A stretch of 64,000 nucleotides of DNA from positions 960,001-1,024,000 of the forward strand of contig CAVQYR010000001.1 of assembly GCA_963718235.1 (NCBI GenBank). The letters run 5' to 3'. Each line of letters begins with the position of its first letter. The first letter of the stretch is position 1. The notes under the pieces were generated by a model that worked only from the letters and a program-made list of their open reading frames with translations, was not told the DNA's origin and did not search any database. The position numbers were made by a program, and so were the translations under genes. Positions 32,438 through 41,542 of this stretch are shown piece after piece. The stretch comes from an uncultured Actinomycetota bacterium. GTDB lineage: Bacteria > Actinomycetota > Actinomycetes > JAHEKZ01.

Positions 32438-32519
32438 GGCACCAGTAAACGACAGGAGAGCGGTTGCGCTGCGCGACCAGTCGCTGATGTCGAGCGGTTT
32501 CGTCGGTGTCCGGGGCGGC

Positions 32520-33284
32520 TCAGTCTGCAGGGGGTTGGTGAGGGGGGTGAGGCGTGACGATGTAGCCGTCCGCGAAGTCGCCGTGCACCACGAGGCGCTT
32601 GCGGTCGGCGACCCACAGCCAGGCCAGGTGGGCGCAGACGATGGCGTCGACCTCGTCCTCGACGGACTTCAGCTCGCTCTTGCGTGAGGCCCCCTCGACC
32701 CGGCGACGCACCTCGCGCCACCGAGTCGACTCTTCGAGCCGGAGCGCGGCGAGGCCATGCTCCATGTGGTCCAGGAGAGTGACGAACGCGGCCCTCAGGG
32801 AGGGGACCTCACGGCCCGGCTTGGCCTTGTAGGGCAGCACCCGGGGCAGGTCGAACAAGGACACCATCGCGGCGTGCGGGTACACCTCCAGGCAGACGGG
32901 CCGGTCCGGTTCGGCAACGGCTTCGGGGTCCATCGACCAGCCGAACCGATTGGCCAGTCGCGCCCCGCGTGGCTGAGGGGAGAAGTACGGCATCCCGCGG
33001 TTGGACGGATACGTACCCGCGGAGTAGCGACCGAACAGCCGGGTGACCTCGGCCTCGCAGGGTCGCCGTCCGGTCTCGTTGGGCACGACCAGGGGGGCGT
33101 CGATCGCGACCACCTGGGTGCCCACGCCATGGGTCGCGACGAAGCTCGCGATCTCGTCTTCGTCGACGACGGAGGTGGAGGCCATGAGTCGCCCTGTGCC
33201 GTCTACCGCCGCGATGCCGGTGCGGTTGCGGTCACCCCAGGCGAGGTCGATCCCCAGGAACCTAGGAGCTGCCGGCGAGCTCAT
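32520..33284 (-). CDS. DUF429 predicted RNase H-fold nuclease
   Basis: FLGIDLAWG, VAIDAPL..PNETGRRPCE, EVYPH, EDEVDAIVCA. Confidence 0.88.
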   Translation of the reverse strand: MSSPAAPRFLGIDLAWGDRNRTGIAAVDGTGRLMASTSVVDEDEIASFVATHGVGTQVVAIDAPLVVPNETGRRPCEAEVTRLFGRYSAGTYPSNRGMPYFSPQPRGARLANRFGWSMDPEAVAEPDRPVCLEVYPHAAMVSLFDLPRVLPYKAKPGREVPSLRAAFVTLLDHMEHGLAALRLEESTRWREVRRRVEGASRKSELKSVEDEVDAIVCAHLAWLWVADRKRLVVHGDFADGYIVTPHPPHQPPAD

Positions 33285-33829
33285 GGTGCTCGTGGCGTGC
33301 CGAGGTCGTACTCCCACCCCGGCTGCCAGTCGAACTCCTCGTCGACCAGGGACTCCAGCGGGACACCGTCGACGACGTGTTGGAAGGCCCAACGAGTGGC
33401 GACGTGGCCGATCACGACCACGCGGGACGCCGACGTGCGCCGCAGGTCCTCGATGAACCCGGCGACCCGGTCGACGGCCTGCCGCCAGCTCTCGCCCTGG
33501 GGGTAGGGCGCATCCAGGTACTGCGCACGGTTCCCGTGCACGACGTTGACCGGCGACCCGTTGAGCCGGCCGTAGTCGCACTCGCGCAGTCGTTGGTCCT
33601 CAACAATGGGCGGGCCGTGCCCGCCGAAGGCCTGCTCCGCAGTCTGGACCGCGCGGCGTAGGTCGGAGGTGTAGACGACGTCCGGAGGGCGGCTGCGGTG
33701 CCGCTCACCGAGTGCGTGCGCCGCTGCGAGCCCGCGCGGAGACAGCTCACCCGGAAGCCAACCCGTCGCGACTCCCACCTCGTTGTCCTCACTCCACGAG
33801 TGAGTCTCGAAGACCGCGCGCACGGGCAC
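33281..33829 (-). CDS. histidine phosphatase family protein
   Basis: VFETHS, TSDLRRAVQTA, DQRLRECDYG, GES, VIGH; start approximate (GTG 33829 after TACTGT). Confidence 0.8.
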   Translation of the reverse strand: MPVRAVFETHSWSEDNEVGVATGWLPGELSPRGLAAAHALGERHRSRPPDVVYTSDLRRAVQTAEQAFGGHGPPIVEDQRLRECDYGRLNGSPVNVVHGNRAQYLDAPYPQGESWRQAVDRVAGFIEDLRRTSASRVVVIGHVATRWAFQHVVDGVPLESLVDEEFDWQPGWEYDLGTPRAP

Positions 33830-33889
33830 GGCGCTGACAGTACCTCGGGTCGGGTCTGGCAAGGTGCTCGGCGTCGAGGAGGTCAGACC

Positions 33890-34810
33890 ATGGGCAGGAG
33901 TCCGCTGGGCTCGGATCCGTCGGGCCCGGATCCCTCGGGCTCGCATCTGTTGGGACGGGTCCCGGCGCCGGTCCTGGTGCTCGCCGCGATCGGGTCGGTC
34001 CAGACCGGCAGTGCAGTGGCCCGCACCCTCTTCGACGACCTCGGTGCACCCGGCGTGACGCTGCTGCGGCTCGGGCTGGCCGCGGTCTTCCTTCTCGTGG
34101 TGCTCCGCCCGGCGGTCCGCACCTGGTCGGCCAGCGCGTGGCGCGCCGCGGCGACGCTCGGCCTCGTCCTGGCCGCGATGAACTCGCTGTTCTACCTGTC
34201 GCTGCGCACGGTTCCGCTGGGAGTGGCGGTCACCGTCGAGTTCATCGGACCTCTGCTCCTGGCGTTGGTGCAGACCCGGCGGGTCATGGACGCCGTGTGG
34301 GCCCTGCTTGCGGCCGGCGGCGTGGTCCTGCTCGGGTCCGACTCGGCCAGCGGGGTCCCGCTGACCGGGCTGCTGCTCGCCCTGGCTGCCGGGATGTGCT
34401 GGGCTGCCTACATCCTGGCCAGCGCCCGGGTGGGTCGGCTGCTCCCTGGGATCGACGGTCTCGCGGTCGCGCTCGCCGTCGGCGCCGTGCTCGTCCTCCC
34501 GTTCGGGATCAGTGGGGCGCTCGAAGTCGTGGGTCACCCCGCGTGGCTGCTCGCGGCCGCCGCCGTCGCGCTGCTGTCGTCGATCGTTCCCTACGGCCTG
34601 GAGCTCACCGCCCTGCGACGCCTGCCGACCCGGGTGTTCGGGATCCTGATGAGTGCCGAACCGGCGGCTGCCGCCGTGGCGGGTTTCGTGGTGCTGGGCC
34701 AGCAGCTGCTGCCTCGTCAGCTGGTCGCGCTGGGTCTCGTGAGCGCCGCCAGCGTGGGCGTCACGCTCGGCCGACGCGAGGGGGAGCTGCCGCCTCAGCC
34801 GATGGAGTGA
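33890..34810 (+). CDS. EamA/RhtA-type exporter
   Basis: SVQTGSAVA..LF, MNSLFY, PLGVAVTVEFIGPL, PYGLE, FGILMSAEPA. Confidence 0.9.
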   Translation: MGRSPLGSDPSGPDPSGSHLLGRVPAPVLVLAAIGSVQTGSAVARTLFDDLGAPGVTLLRLGLAAVFLLVVLRPAVRTWSASAWRAAATLGLVLAAMNSLFYLSLRTVPLGVAVTVEFIGPLLLALVQTRRVMDAVWALLAAGGVVLLGSDSASGVPLTGLLLALAAGMCWAAYILASARVGRLLPGIDGLAVALAVGAVLVLPFGISGALEVVGHPAWLLAAAAVALLSSIVPYGLELTALRRLPTRVFGILMSAEPAAAAVAGFVVLGQQLLPRQLVALGLVSAASVGVTLGRREGELPPQPME

Positions 34811-35877
34811 TCCAGGGCCAGCACGACGAGGGGGTCACCCTCCGGAGGGGGGTGCTTGGTGAAGCGAAGGGAGTAGATCCCGAGGCTGCGTGCGTGCTCC
34901 TGGGTGGCCGGAAGGACGATCCGCGCGGTGGCGCCCACCCGCTCGCCGGCGATGAGCACGCCGACGGCGGCGGGCTCTCGGAAGTTGCGCCACCAGCGCT
35001 TGCGTTCAGGGTGTCCCGGCCACACGACCAGCTGCCCGTCGTCGCGGGCGTACTCGGCGGGCAGCGCGTAGCTGGCTCCGCTGCTGCGACCGACGTAGTC
35101 GATCTCCACCAACGCCCCGGACAGCAGCCGGTGAGCCGGCGAACGCAGGAGGCCGAGAACCGCCCGGTTGGTCCAGGTCGAGGCCCGTGGGGCCTGTTGG
35201 TCGAGGGTCGGGAGGAAGAACCCCGTCACGGCACCGATCGTGAGGCCGGCCAGCACCCCGGTGACGGCTCCCCAGGCAAGCAGGGCGGCGAGGGGGAGCC
35301 CCGCCGGCGCCATCGTCGCGCCGACCATGATCACCGAGAGGGCGAGCGACCAGCCAACGGCGTTGACCGGCACCCAGCGCCAGCCGTGCGCGACGTGGGG
35401 GTGCAGGGCCCATGCCTGGGCGGCCCCGAAGATCGACCCGAGCGCGAGGCCGGCCCCGAACGTGACGAGCAGGACGAGTGGGAGCGGCGGTTCGGCCGAG
35501 CCGGCCTGCGTGCTCGTCGAGTCGAAGCCGCCGACCGCACCGGCGACGAGGGTCGACGGTGCCGAGCCGAGGGCCCAGCCCAGCAGCGTCACGGCGACGG
35601 TCGCGCCCACCCACGACCGCCGGGTCAGTCGTGGCAGCCAGGCTCGCAGGAGGGGGTAGGTGAACAGCCCCAGGGCCAGCCCCTCGACGACGCCGCCCAG
35701 CGTCGTGCCAACCCACAGGACGAGCCCGGTTCCGAGGTCGGTGGGCTCTCCCAGGGCCAGGGCCAGCAGGGCCGCAGTCATGGCTGCCGCGGCCATGCCG
35801 ACGGTCTCACCGGCACCGCACGCGACCGTCCACCGTCCCCAGGCTGGGGGTTTCGTCGAATCGGATGCCCTGGACAC
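34795..35877 (-). CDS. multi-TM protein fused to an F420-dependent oxidoreductase-like (DUF385) domain
   Basis: about 6 TM segments; C-terminal NRAVLGLLRSPAH...GRSSG..Y.LP..Y...WWRNF; GTG start inferred. Confidence 0.7.
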   Translation of the reverse strand: MSRASDSTKPPAWGRWTVACGAGETVGMAAAAMTAALLALALGEPTDLGTGLVLWVGTTLGGVVEGLALGLFTYPLLRAWLPRLTRRSWVGATVAVTLLGWALGSAPSTLVAGAVGGFDSTSTQAGSAEPPLPLVLLVTFGAGLALGSIFGAAQAWALHPHVAHGWRWVPVNAVGWSLALSVIMVGATMAPAGLPLAALLAWGAVTGVLAGLTIGAVTGFFLPTLDQQAPRASTWTNRAVLGLLRSPAHRLLSGALVEIDYVGRSSGASYALPAEYARDDGQLVVWPGHPERKRWWRNFREPAAVGVLIAGERVGATARIVLPATQEHARSLGIYSLRFTKHPPPEGDPLVVLALDHSIG

Positions 35878-35912
35878 GAAACCACTGTCAGCCGGTCGAG
35901 TCGGGGTCGGTA

Positions 35913-35952
35913 GGGCCGCAGGGCCTCCGTGCCTGCGTGGGACCAAGGGCCT
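35913..35952. promoter_or_regulatory. two DosR/OsdR-like boxes
   Basis: GGGCCGCAGGGCCT (35913-35926) and GGGACCAAGGGCCT (35939-35952). Confidence 0.45.
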
Positions 35953-35987
35953 ACCGAGAGCCGGACGGGCGTCGCTAGCATGCGGCC

Positions 35988-37091
35988 ATGGCCACCATCA
36001 CCACGCTCGACGCCCAGCCCGCCTTTCTCTCCGTCACCTGGGACGACGGTGTCGAGAGCACCTACCCGTGGATCTGGCTGCGCGACCACGCGCACGATGA
36101 GGCGACCCTGCATCCGGTGACGCAGCAACGCAACCTGCACACGGCCTCGGTCGACCCGAACATCGCCGCCGCCTCGGTCGACGTCGAGAACGGTGACGTG
36201 CGGATCGCCTGGAACAGCGAGCCCGAGCCCTCGCTCCTGCCGGTCGACTTCCTCGAGAAGTTCCGGGCTCCTGTGCCCACCTCGGTGCGCCTGCCGGTGC
36301 GGCCGGTCCTGTGGGATGCCGAGTCGATCTGGCCGACCCCCTCAACGCCCTACGACGACATCATGGGCAGTGACGAAGGCCTCACCGACTGGCTCACCAA
36401 GGTGGCCCAGTACGGCTTCGCCCTGGCCACCGGCACGCCGGTCACCCGAGAGGCGACCGAGGCCCTGGTCCGTCGGGTCGCCTACGTGCGCGAGTCGATC
36501 TTCGGTGGCTTCTGGGAGTTCACCGCCGACCTGAGCAAGGCCGACACGGCCTACACCAACATCGAGCTGCTCGCCCACACCGACGGCACCTACTCCCACG
36601 ACGCGCCTGGCCTCCAGCTGCTGCACTGCCTGTACTTCGAGGGCACGGGCGGCGACTCGACGATGGCCGACGGCTTCCGGGTCGCCGCAGAGCTGAAGGA
36701 GTCGGCGCCGCAGCACTACGAGACGCTGTCCCGGGTGATGATCCCTGGCCAGTACATCGGTGACGGCTCACACCTGATGTCGGCCCGCCCGGTGCTGCGC
36801 CACGACCACAACGGCGACCTCGTGCAGGTGTCGTTCAACAACGCCGACCGAGCGCCGTTCCTGCTGCCGCACGACGAGATGATCGCCTTCTACGACGCGA
36901 TCCGGGCCTTCGACCTGCTGGCCAACGACCGCCGGCTGCAGTGGCGCCACGTGCTCGAGCCGGGCGAGGCCATGCTGTTCGACAACTGGCACGCGCTGCA
37001 CGGAAGGGCGGCCTACACCGGCGTCCGCAAGCTGTGCGGGGCCTACCTCAACCACGAGGACTTCGAGAGCCGGCTTCGGATGGCTTCCTGA
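35988..37091 (+). CDS. trimethyllysine/gamma-butyrobetaine dioxygenase-like Fe(II)/2OG enzyme
   Basis: N-terminal WLRD..H..T.QR domain, TAYTN..L..HTDGTY, PGLQLLHC, DGF, FDNWHALHGR. Confidence 0.88.
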   Translation: MATITTLDAQPAFLSVTWDDGVESTYPWIWLRDHAHDEATLHPVTQQRNLHTASVDPNIAAASVDVENGDVRIAWNSEPEPSLLPVDFLEKFRAPVPTSVRLPVRPVLWDAESIWPTPSTPYDDIMGSDEGLTDWLTKVAQYGFALATGTPVTREATEALVRRVAYVRESIFGGFWEFTADLSKADTAYTNIELLAHTDGTYSHDAPGLQLLHCLYFEGTGGDSTMADGFRVAAELKESAPQHYETLSRVMIPGQYIGDGSHLMSARPVLRHDHNGDLVQVSFNNADRAPFLLPHDEMIAFYDAIRAFDLLANDRRLQWRHVLEPGEAMLFDNWHALHGRAAYTGVRKLCGAYLNHEDFESRLRMAS

Positions 37092-37172
37092 CCGATCTGG
37101 CTCCAGCGACCCGATCGTGACCACGAATCGGGGCTCGACACCGCATACTGGTTCCATGATTGCGACTGCGCC

Positions 37173-37382
37173 GTGAGTCGGCGACCGCTGCCCACCAGCC
37201 CGTTCAACCAGCCCAAGGTGGAGGCGCCTGTCGAATCCTTCGCCCTGGACGACCGGGTGACTCACGACCAGTACGGGCTCGGCTCCGTCGTCGGGATCGA
37301 GGACGGCATCGCCGTGCTGGTCGACTTCGGTTCGCGTCGGGTGCGGATCCTGGCGCCGTACGGCAAGCTCAGCCGCCTCTGA
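37173..37382 (+). CDS. small hypothetical protein (SH3-like)
   Basis: LPTSPF...F..DDRVTHDQYGLG.V...VDFG; GC3 bias; start uncertain. Confidence 0.65.
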   Translation: MSRRPLPTSPFNQPKVEAPVESFALDDRVTHDQYGLGSVVGIEDGIAVLVDFGSRRVRILAPYGKLSRL

Positions 37383-37403
37383 GTCGGCCGCCCCTGTCGC
37401 CGG

Positions 37404-38195
37404 TCACCGGTCGGGGAACGACCCCAGCATGAACATGGCACCGGTCGGGTCGGAGATCCCGGCGAAGCGCCCGGGCCCCATCTCCATGGCGGGGAAGAAC
37501 AACGAACCGCCCAGCTCGAGGACGCGCGCGACCGACGTGTCGCAGTCGTCGACGGCGAAGTAGACGAACCACATGCTCGGCATCTCCGCCGGCGCCGCGT
37601 CCGGCACGGTCATCGCGCCGGCGTTGCTCTTGTCGTCACCCTCCTTGGTCGCGAGCTCGGCCACGAAGTACTCGGGCCCGCCGGGGCTGTCCATCGGCTC
37701 CCACGTCCAGCCGACCACCTCGGCGTAGAAGGACATGGCGGCGTCACGGTCGCGGCTCTGCAGCTCATTCCAGGTCAGGGCGCCGTGGCTGTTGTAGCGC
37801 TCGGCGCCCTCGTGGTCCTGCGGCTGCCACAGGCCGACCACCGCACCGCTGGGGTCGGTGACCATGGCCATGCGCCCCTCGGTCATCACGTCCATGGCCG
37901 GCATCACGACGGCGCCGCCGGCGGCTTCGACCTTGACCAGGACCTCGTCGACGTCCTCGACGAGGATGTAGGAGTTCCACATCGGCGGCATACCGGCCTC
38001 GGCCATGCCCGGCGGCATCGGGCCGATCCCGGCCACGAGGTCGCCGTCCTTGCGGCACATCGTGTACGCCGGGCCCATCGGGGTGGGGACGTCGGTGCAC
38101 TCCCAGCGGAACAGGCCCTCGTAGAAGGACTTGGCGGCGGGTACGTCGCTGGTCGTCAGGTCGACCCAGCCGAACAGACCGTGAGGTTGGCGCAT
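37404..38195 (-). CDS. two-domain VOC family protein
   Basis: WVDLTTSD..AAKSFY, DPSGAVVGLWQ, WNEL, DPTGAMF. Confidence 0.9.
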   Translation of the reverse strand: MRQPHGLFGWVDLTTSDVPAAKSFYEGLFRWECTDVPTPMGPAYTMCRKDGDLVAGIGPMPPGMAEAGMPPMWNSYILVEDVDEVLVKVEAAGGAVVMPAMDVMTEGRMAMVTDPSGAVVGLWQPQDHEGAERYNSHGALTWNELQSRDRDAAMSFYAEVVGWTWEPMDSPGGPEYFVAELATKEGDDKSNAGAMTVPDAAPAEMPSMWFVYFAVDDCDTSVARVLELGGSLFFPAMEMGPGRFAGISDPTGAMFMLGSFPDR

Positions 38196-38285
38196 GAGGG
38201 ACTCCGCTCGTGAGGGGAGGGGCGCCCTCGACGCTACCCGCGTGGCAGGAGGGTCCACCAGGGCTGCCCGGGAGTCGCAGGTCGG

Positions 38286-39701
38286 TCAGTCCGGAGCAGC
38301 CGCCGACGGCAGCCGCACGGTCACGGCGGTGTGCCCGGGTCGGCTGTCCATGCTCACGTCCCCGTCCAGAGCGTCCACCACCGCGGCCACGATCGACAGA
38401 CCGAGGCCGGCGCCTCCGGTGGCGCGCGTGCGGGACTCCTCGGCCCGGGTGAACCGCTCGAAGACCCGTGGCTGCAAGGACTCGGGGATCCCTGGTCCCT
38501 CGTCGACCACGCTCAGCACACCATGGTCAGCCACCGCGGCGACGCGCACGGTCACCGGGGTGCCCTCCGGGGTGTGCCGGGTGGCGTTGGCCAAGAGGTT
38601 GACCAGCACCTGGCGCAACCGGTCCTCGTCTCCCACCACGTAGACCGGCTCGGGGGGCAGCTCCAGCACCAGGCGGTGCCGGGGGGCGGTGACCCGGACG
38701 TCGGAGCTGGACTCCGCGGCCAGCCGGGTCAGGTCGACCGGCTCGCGCTGCAGCGGGCGGCCCTGGTCGAGGCGGGCGAGCAGGAGCAGGTCGTCGACCA
38801 GGACGCCCATCCGCTTGGCCTCGGACTCGATCCGGGCCATCGCCGTGGCCCGCTGGGCAGCGTCGGCGTCACTACGCCGGTAGAGCTCGGCGTAACCACG
38901 GATCGACACCAACGGTGTGCGCAGCTCGTGACTGGCGTCGGCGATGAACTGGCGCAGGCGACCCTCGGTGACCGCCCGGGCCTCGAGTGAGGCGTCGACG
39001 TGGTCGAGCATCTCGTTGAAGGCGACGGCCACGTCGGCGACCTCCGCCGGGGCACCGTCGGTGGCCACCCGCTCGTCGACACCGCTGGTCGACAGGGGTA
39101 GCTCGCGGACCCGGCGGGCCGTCGTGGCCACCCGCTCCAGCGGGGCCAGCTCGCGACGGATGAAGGCGTACCCCACGACCGCGACCACGACCGAGGCGAC
39201 GACCAGCGCGGTGACCTCGATCCCCAGCAGCCGCCCGAGGGTCTCCTGGACCGCGTTCGTGGGCTGGGCCACCACGACCTGGTGTCCGGAGGGGTCCTGC
39301 GACGCCACCGCCCGGTACCCGCCGAGGTCGGACAGGTCGACCGGGCCCGGCTTCGCACCGACCGCCTTGAGCTCGGCCACGTCGGAGGAGGTCAGGCTGG
39401 CCCGGCCGTCGTCGCGTCCGCGCCCGACCACCAGGATGGGGGCCTGGGTGACCTGCCCGGCGTCGTCGAACTCGATGAGCAGGGTCCCCTCGGGCAGGCC
39501 GCTGATGTCGCTCAGCCGCCGGTCGGCCACCTGGGAGGTGGTCTGCACCAGCTGGGTGTCCAGCTGGTCGATCAGGAAGGTCCGCAGCGTGAGCAGCGTG
39601 GCTGCCCCGACGCCGACCAGGACCGTGACGACCAGCACCAGCACACCGATCGTCAGGCGACGCCGCAACGTCCCCCGGCGGCGTCCGGTCGGCTCGGCCA
39701 T
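38286..39701 (-). CDS. HAMP-domain sensor histidine kinase (PhoR/TcrY-like)
   Basis: two TMs, FIADASHELRTPL, NLLANA..HTP, DEGPG, FERF, GAGLGL. Confidence 0.93.
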   Translation of the reverse strand: MAEPTGRRRGTLRRRLTIGVLVLVVTVLVGVGAATLLTLRTFLIDQLDTQLVQTTSQVADRRLSDISGLPEGTLLIEFDDAGQVTQAPILVVGRGRDDGRASLTSSDVAELKAVGAKPGPVDLSDLGGYRAVASQDPSGHQVVVAQPTNAVQETLGRLLGIEVTALVVASVVVAVVGYAFIRRELAPLERVATTARRVRELPLSTSGVDERVATDGAPAEVADVAVAFNEMLDHVDASLEARAVTEGRLRQFIADASHELRTPLVSIRGYAELYRRSDADAAQRATAMARIESEAKRMGVLVDDLLLLARLDQGRPLQREPVDLTRLAAESSSDVRVTAPRHRLVLELPPEPVYVVGDEDRLRQVLVNLLANATRHTPEGTPVTVRVAAVADHGVLSVVDEGPGIPESLQPRVFERFTRAEESRTRATGGAGLGLSIVAAVVDALDGDVSMDSRPGHTAVTVRLPSAAAPD

Positions 39702-39702
39702 G

Positions 39703-40428
39703 TCAGCCCTCGTCGGGGCGCGGTGGCCGCAGGACGTAGCCCACGCCACGGACGGTGTGGATCAACGGCTCGTGGCCCTTGTCGACCTTGCGGCGCAGGT
39801 AGCCGATGTAGAGCTCGACGATGTTGGTCTGCCCGCCGAAGTCGTACTGCCAGACCCGGTCGAGGATCTGTTGCTTGGACAGCACCCTGCGGGCGTTGAG
39901 CATCAGGTAGCGCAGCAGCTCGAACTCGGTCTTGGTGAGCTCGACGCGGTGACCGCCGCGGAACACCTCGTGCGCGTCCTCGTCGAGGCTGAGGTCGGCC
40001 ACGCTCAGCACCTGCTCGCGGGTGTCCAGCGCCCGGCCGGTCCGTCGCAGCAGGGCGTGCAGGCGGGCCACGAGCTCCTCCAGGGAGAACGGCTTGGTGA
40101 CGTAGTCGTCCCCGCCCAGGGTGAGACCGTGCACCCGGTCCTCGGTCGCGTCGCGGGCCGTGAGGAACAGGACCGGGACGTCGAACCCGTCGCGCCGAAG
40201 CCGTTGCAGCACCTCGAACCCGTCGAAGTCGGGGAGCATCACGTCGAGCACCACGACGTCGGGCTCGAACGTACGGACGGCGGTGAGGGCCTCCTGGCCG
40301 GAGCCCGCCGTCTGGACCTGCCAGCCGTCGTAGCGCAGCACCGTGCCGATCAGCTCGGTGATGTTGGGCTCGTCGTCGACCACCAGGGCCTTCACGGCTG
40401 GGGCGTCCGGGGCTGCGGCCGGTGGCAT
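39703..40428 (-). CDS. OmpR-family response regulator (PhoP/TcrX-like)
   Basis: LVVDDE, LDVMLPD, FLTARD, GLTLGGDDYVTKPFSLEE, VELYIGYLRRKVD, IHTVRGVGY. Confidence 0.93.
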   Translation of the reverse strand: MPPAAAPDAPAVKALVVDDEPNITELIGTVLRYDGWQVQTAGSGQEALTAVRTFEPDVVVLDVMLPDFDGFEVLQRLRRDGFDVPVLFLTARDATEDRVHGLTLGGDDYVTKPFSLEELVARLHALLRRTGRALDTREQVLSVADLSLDEDAHEVFRGGHRVELTKTEFELLRYLMLNARRVLSKQQILDRVWQYDFGGQTNIVELYIGYLRRKVDKGHEPLIHTVRGVGYVLRPPRPDEG

Positions 40429-40507
40429 GGTCCCTCCTTCTGGGTGCACGGCAGGCTAGCCGTCGCCACGCCGATTGGGGTGTGGTCGCGACCTGGATCG
40501 ACGCCCT

Positions 40508-40536
40508 TCACAGCAACCCCACAGCCCGTCCTCAGA
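40508..40536 (+). promoter_or_regulatory. PhoP-type direct repeats
   Basis: TCACAGC-N4-CCACAGC-N4-CCTCAGA, 11-bp period. Confidence 0.6.
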
Positions 40537-40775
40537 CGGCCAGGCGGCGGGGCGGGACCGCCCGGACAAGTCCGTGGGCGCGGGGGATTGCGGTCTGAGG
40601 GTGTTCACGCGGTACTCTGGGCGAGGTTGCAGGTTGAGTTCTACGCAGGACCCCCGGCTCGGGAACACCCCGTACCGGACCCATTGCGGTGCTTCACCGG
40701 GTGCAGGACGACGGATGCAGCCTCAGGGCTCGCGCCGCGGTCCCTGAACACACTGGATGCATGGAGTATCTCGCA

Positions 40776-40979
40776 ATGGCACAAGGCACGGTTAAGTGGT
40801 TCAACGCCGAAAAGGGTTTCGGCTTCATTCAGCAGGACGACGGCGGCCCTGACGTCTTCGTCCACTTCTCGGCGATCGAGATGGACGGCTACCGCTCGCT
40901 CAACGAGGCGCAGCGGGTCGAGTTCGAGATCGCTCAGGGACCCAAGGGTCCGCAGGCCGAGAAGGTCCGCAACGTCTGA
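40776..40979 (+). CDS. cspA: cold-shock protein
   Basis: [18 protein letters not shown]...DVFVHFSAI...GPKGPQA. Confidence 0.96.
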   Translation: MAQGTVKWFNAEKGFGFIQQDDGGPDVFVHFSAIEMDGYRSLNEAQRVEFEIAQGPKGPQAEKVRNV

Positions 40980-40995
40980 CGTTCTTCGCTTGATC

Positions 40996-41027
40996 CGACA
41001 GCCCGGGACCTCGGTCCCGGGCTGTCG
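40996..41027. terminator. hairpin between convergent cspA and DUF2505 genes
   Basis: CGACAGCCCGGGAC-CTCG-GTCCCGGGCTGTCG. Confidence 0.8.
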
Positions 41028-41042
41028 TGCGTCCTGGGTCGG

Positions 41043-41531
41043 CTAGGCCGAGGCGGGCCGCTCGGCGATCCACTCGGCCAGGTACTCCTGCTCCCGGGCC
41101 ACCAGCGTCTCCAGGTAACCCCTCACCTGGCCCTCGAGCTGCCGGCCGATCAACGGCACCTTGACCTTGACCTGCACGCCGATCGAGTAGCGCGACCCCA
41201 GGTCGCTCACGGCGATCTCGTTGTCCCCGCCCAGGACGACCGGCGCATGGTCGACCTCGGCATGCCACTCCCCGCGCAGCGGCAACGAGCGGGTGTCCCA
41301 CACGTCGACCTGCACCAGGCGGCCGTCACCGACCAGCCCGCGGGCGGCGCTGGGGATCTTGTCCATCGGCAGCTGCCGTCCGATCCTCAGCTGCACGGTC
41401 CCACCGTCGTCGACCACTTCTGGAGTGCCGACCCCACCGAACCGCTCGTGCCGGGCCGCGAGGTACTGCCGGTCGACCAGGACGGCGAACAGGTCGTGCG
41501 GCGCCAACGGGTACTCGAGTTCGACGACCAT
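41043..41531 (-). CDS. DUF2505 (SRPBCC-like) protein
   Basis: LVDRQYLAAR, IPSAARGLVG, VKVKVPLIGRQLE, EQEYLAEWI. Confidence 0.75.
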   Translation of the reverse strand: MVVELEYPLAPHDLFAVLVDRQYLAARHERFGGVGTPEVVDDGGTVQLRIGRQLPMDKIPSAARGLVGDGRLVQVDVWDTRSLPLRGEWHAEVDHAPVVLGGDNEIAVSDLGSRYSIGVQVKVKVPLIGRQLEGQVRGYLETLVAREQEYLAEWIAERPASA

Positions 41532-41542
41532 GGCGCGCGACC

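Noticed and set aside
33905-33945. Imperfect 15-bp tandem repeat (GSDPSGPDPSGS)
   Set aside because: In-frame low-complexity N-terminus of the EamA protein
37156-37176. Leaderless ATG at 37156 giving MIATAP-stop
   Set aside because: Could be the true start of the 37173 gene after a 1-bp indel; cannot be decided without reads
40620-40775. cspA 5' UTR thermosensor
   Set aside because: A long leader is plausible (TACTCT at 40613) but the structure cannot be supported by eye
38944-41046. 700-aa plus-strand ORF
   Set aside because: Overlaps the kinase, regulator and cspA; low-complexity shadow translation
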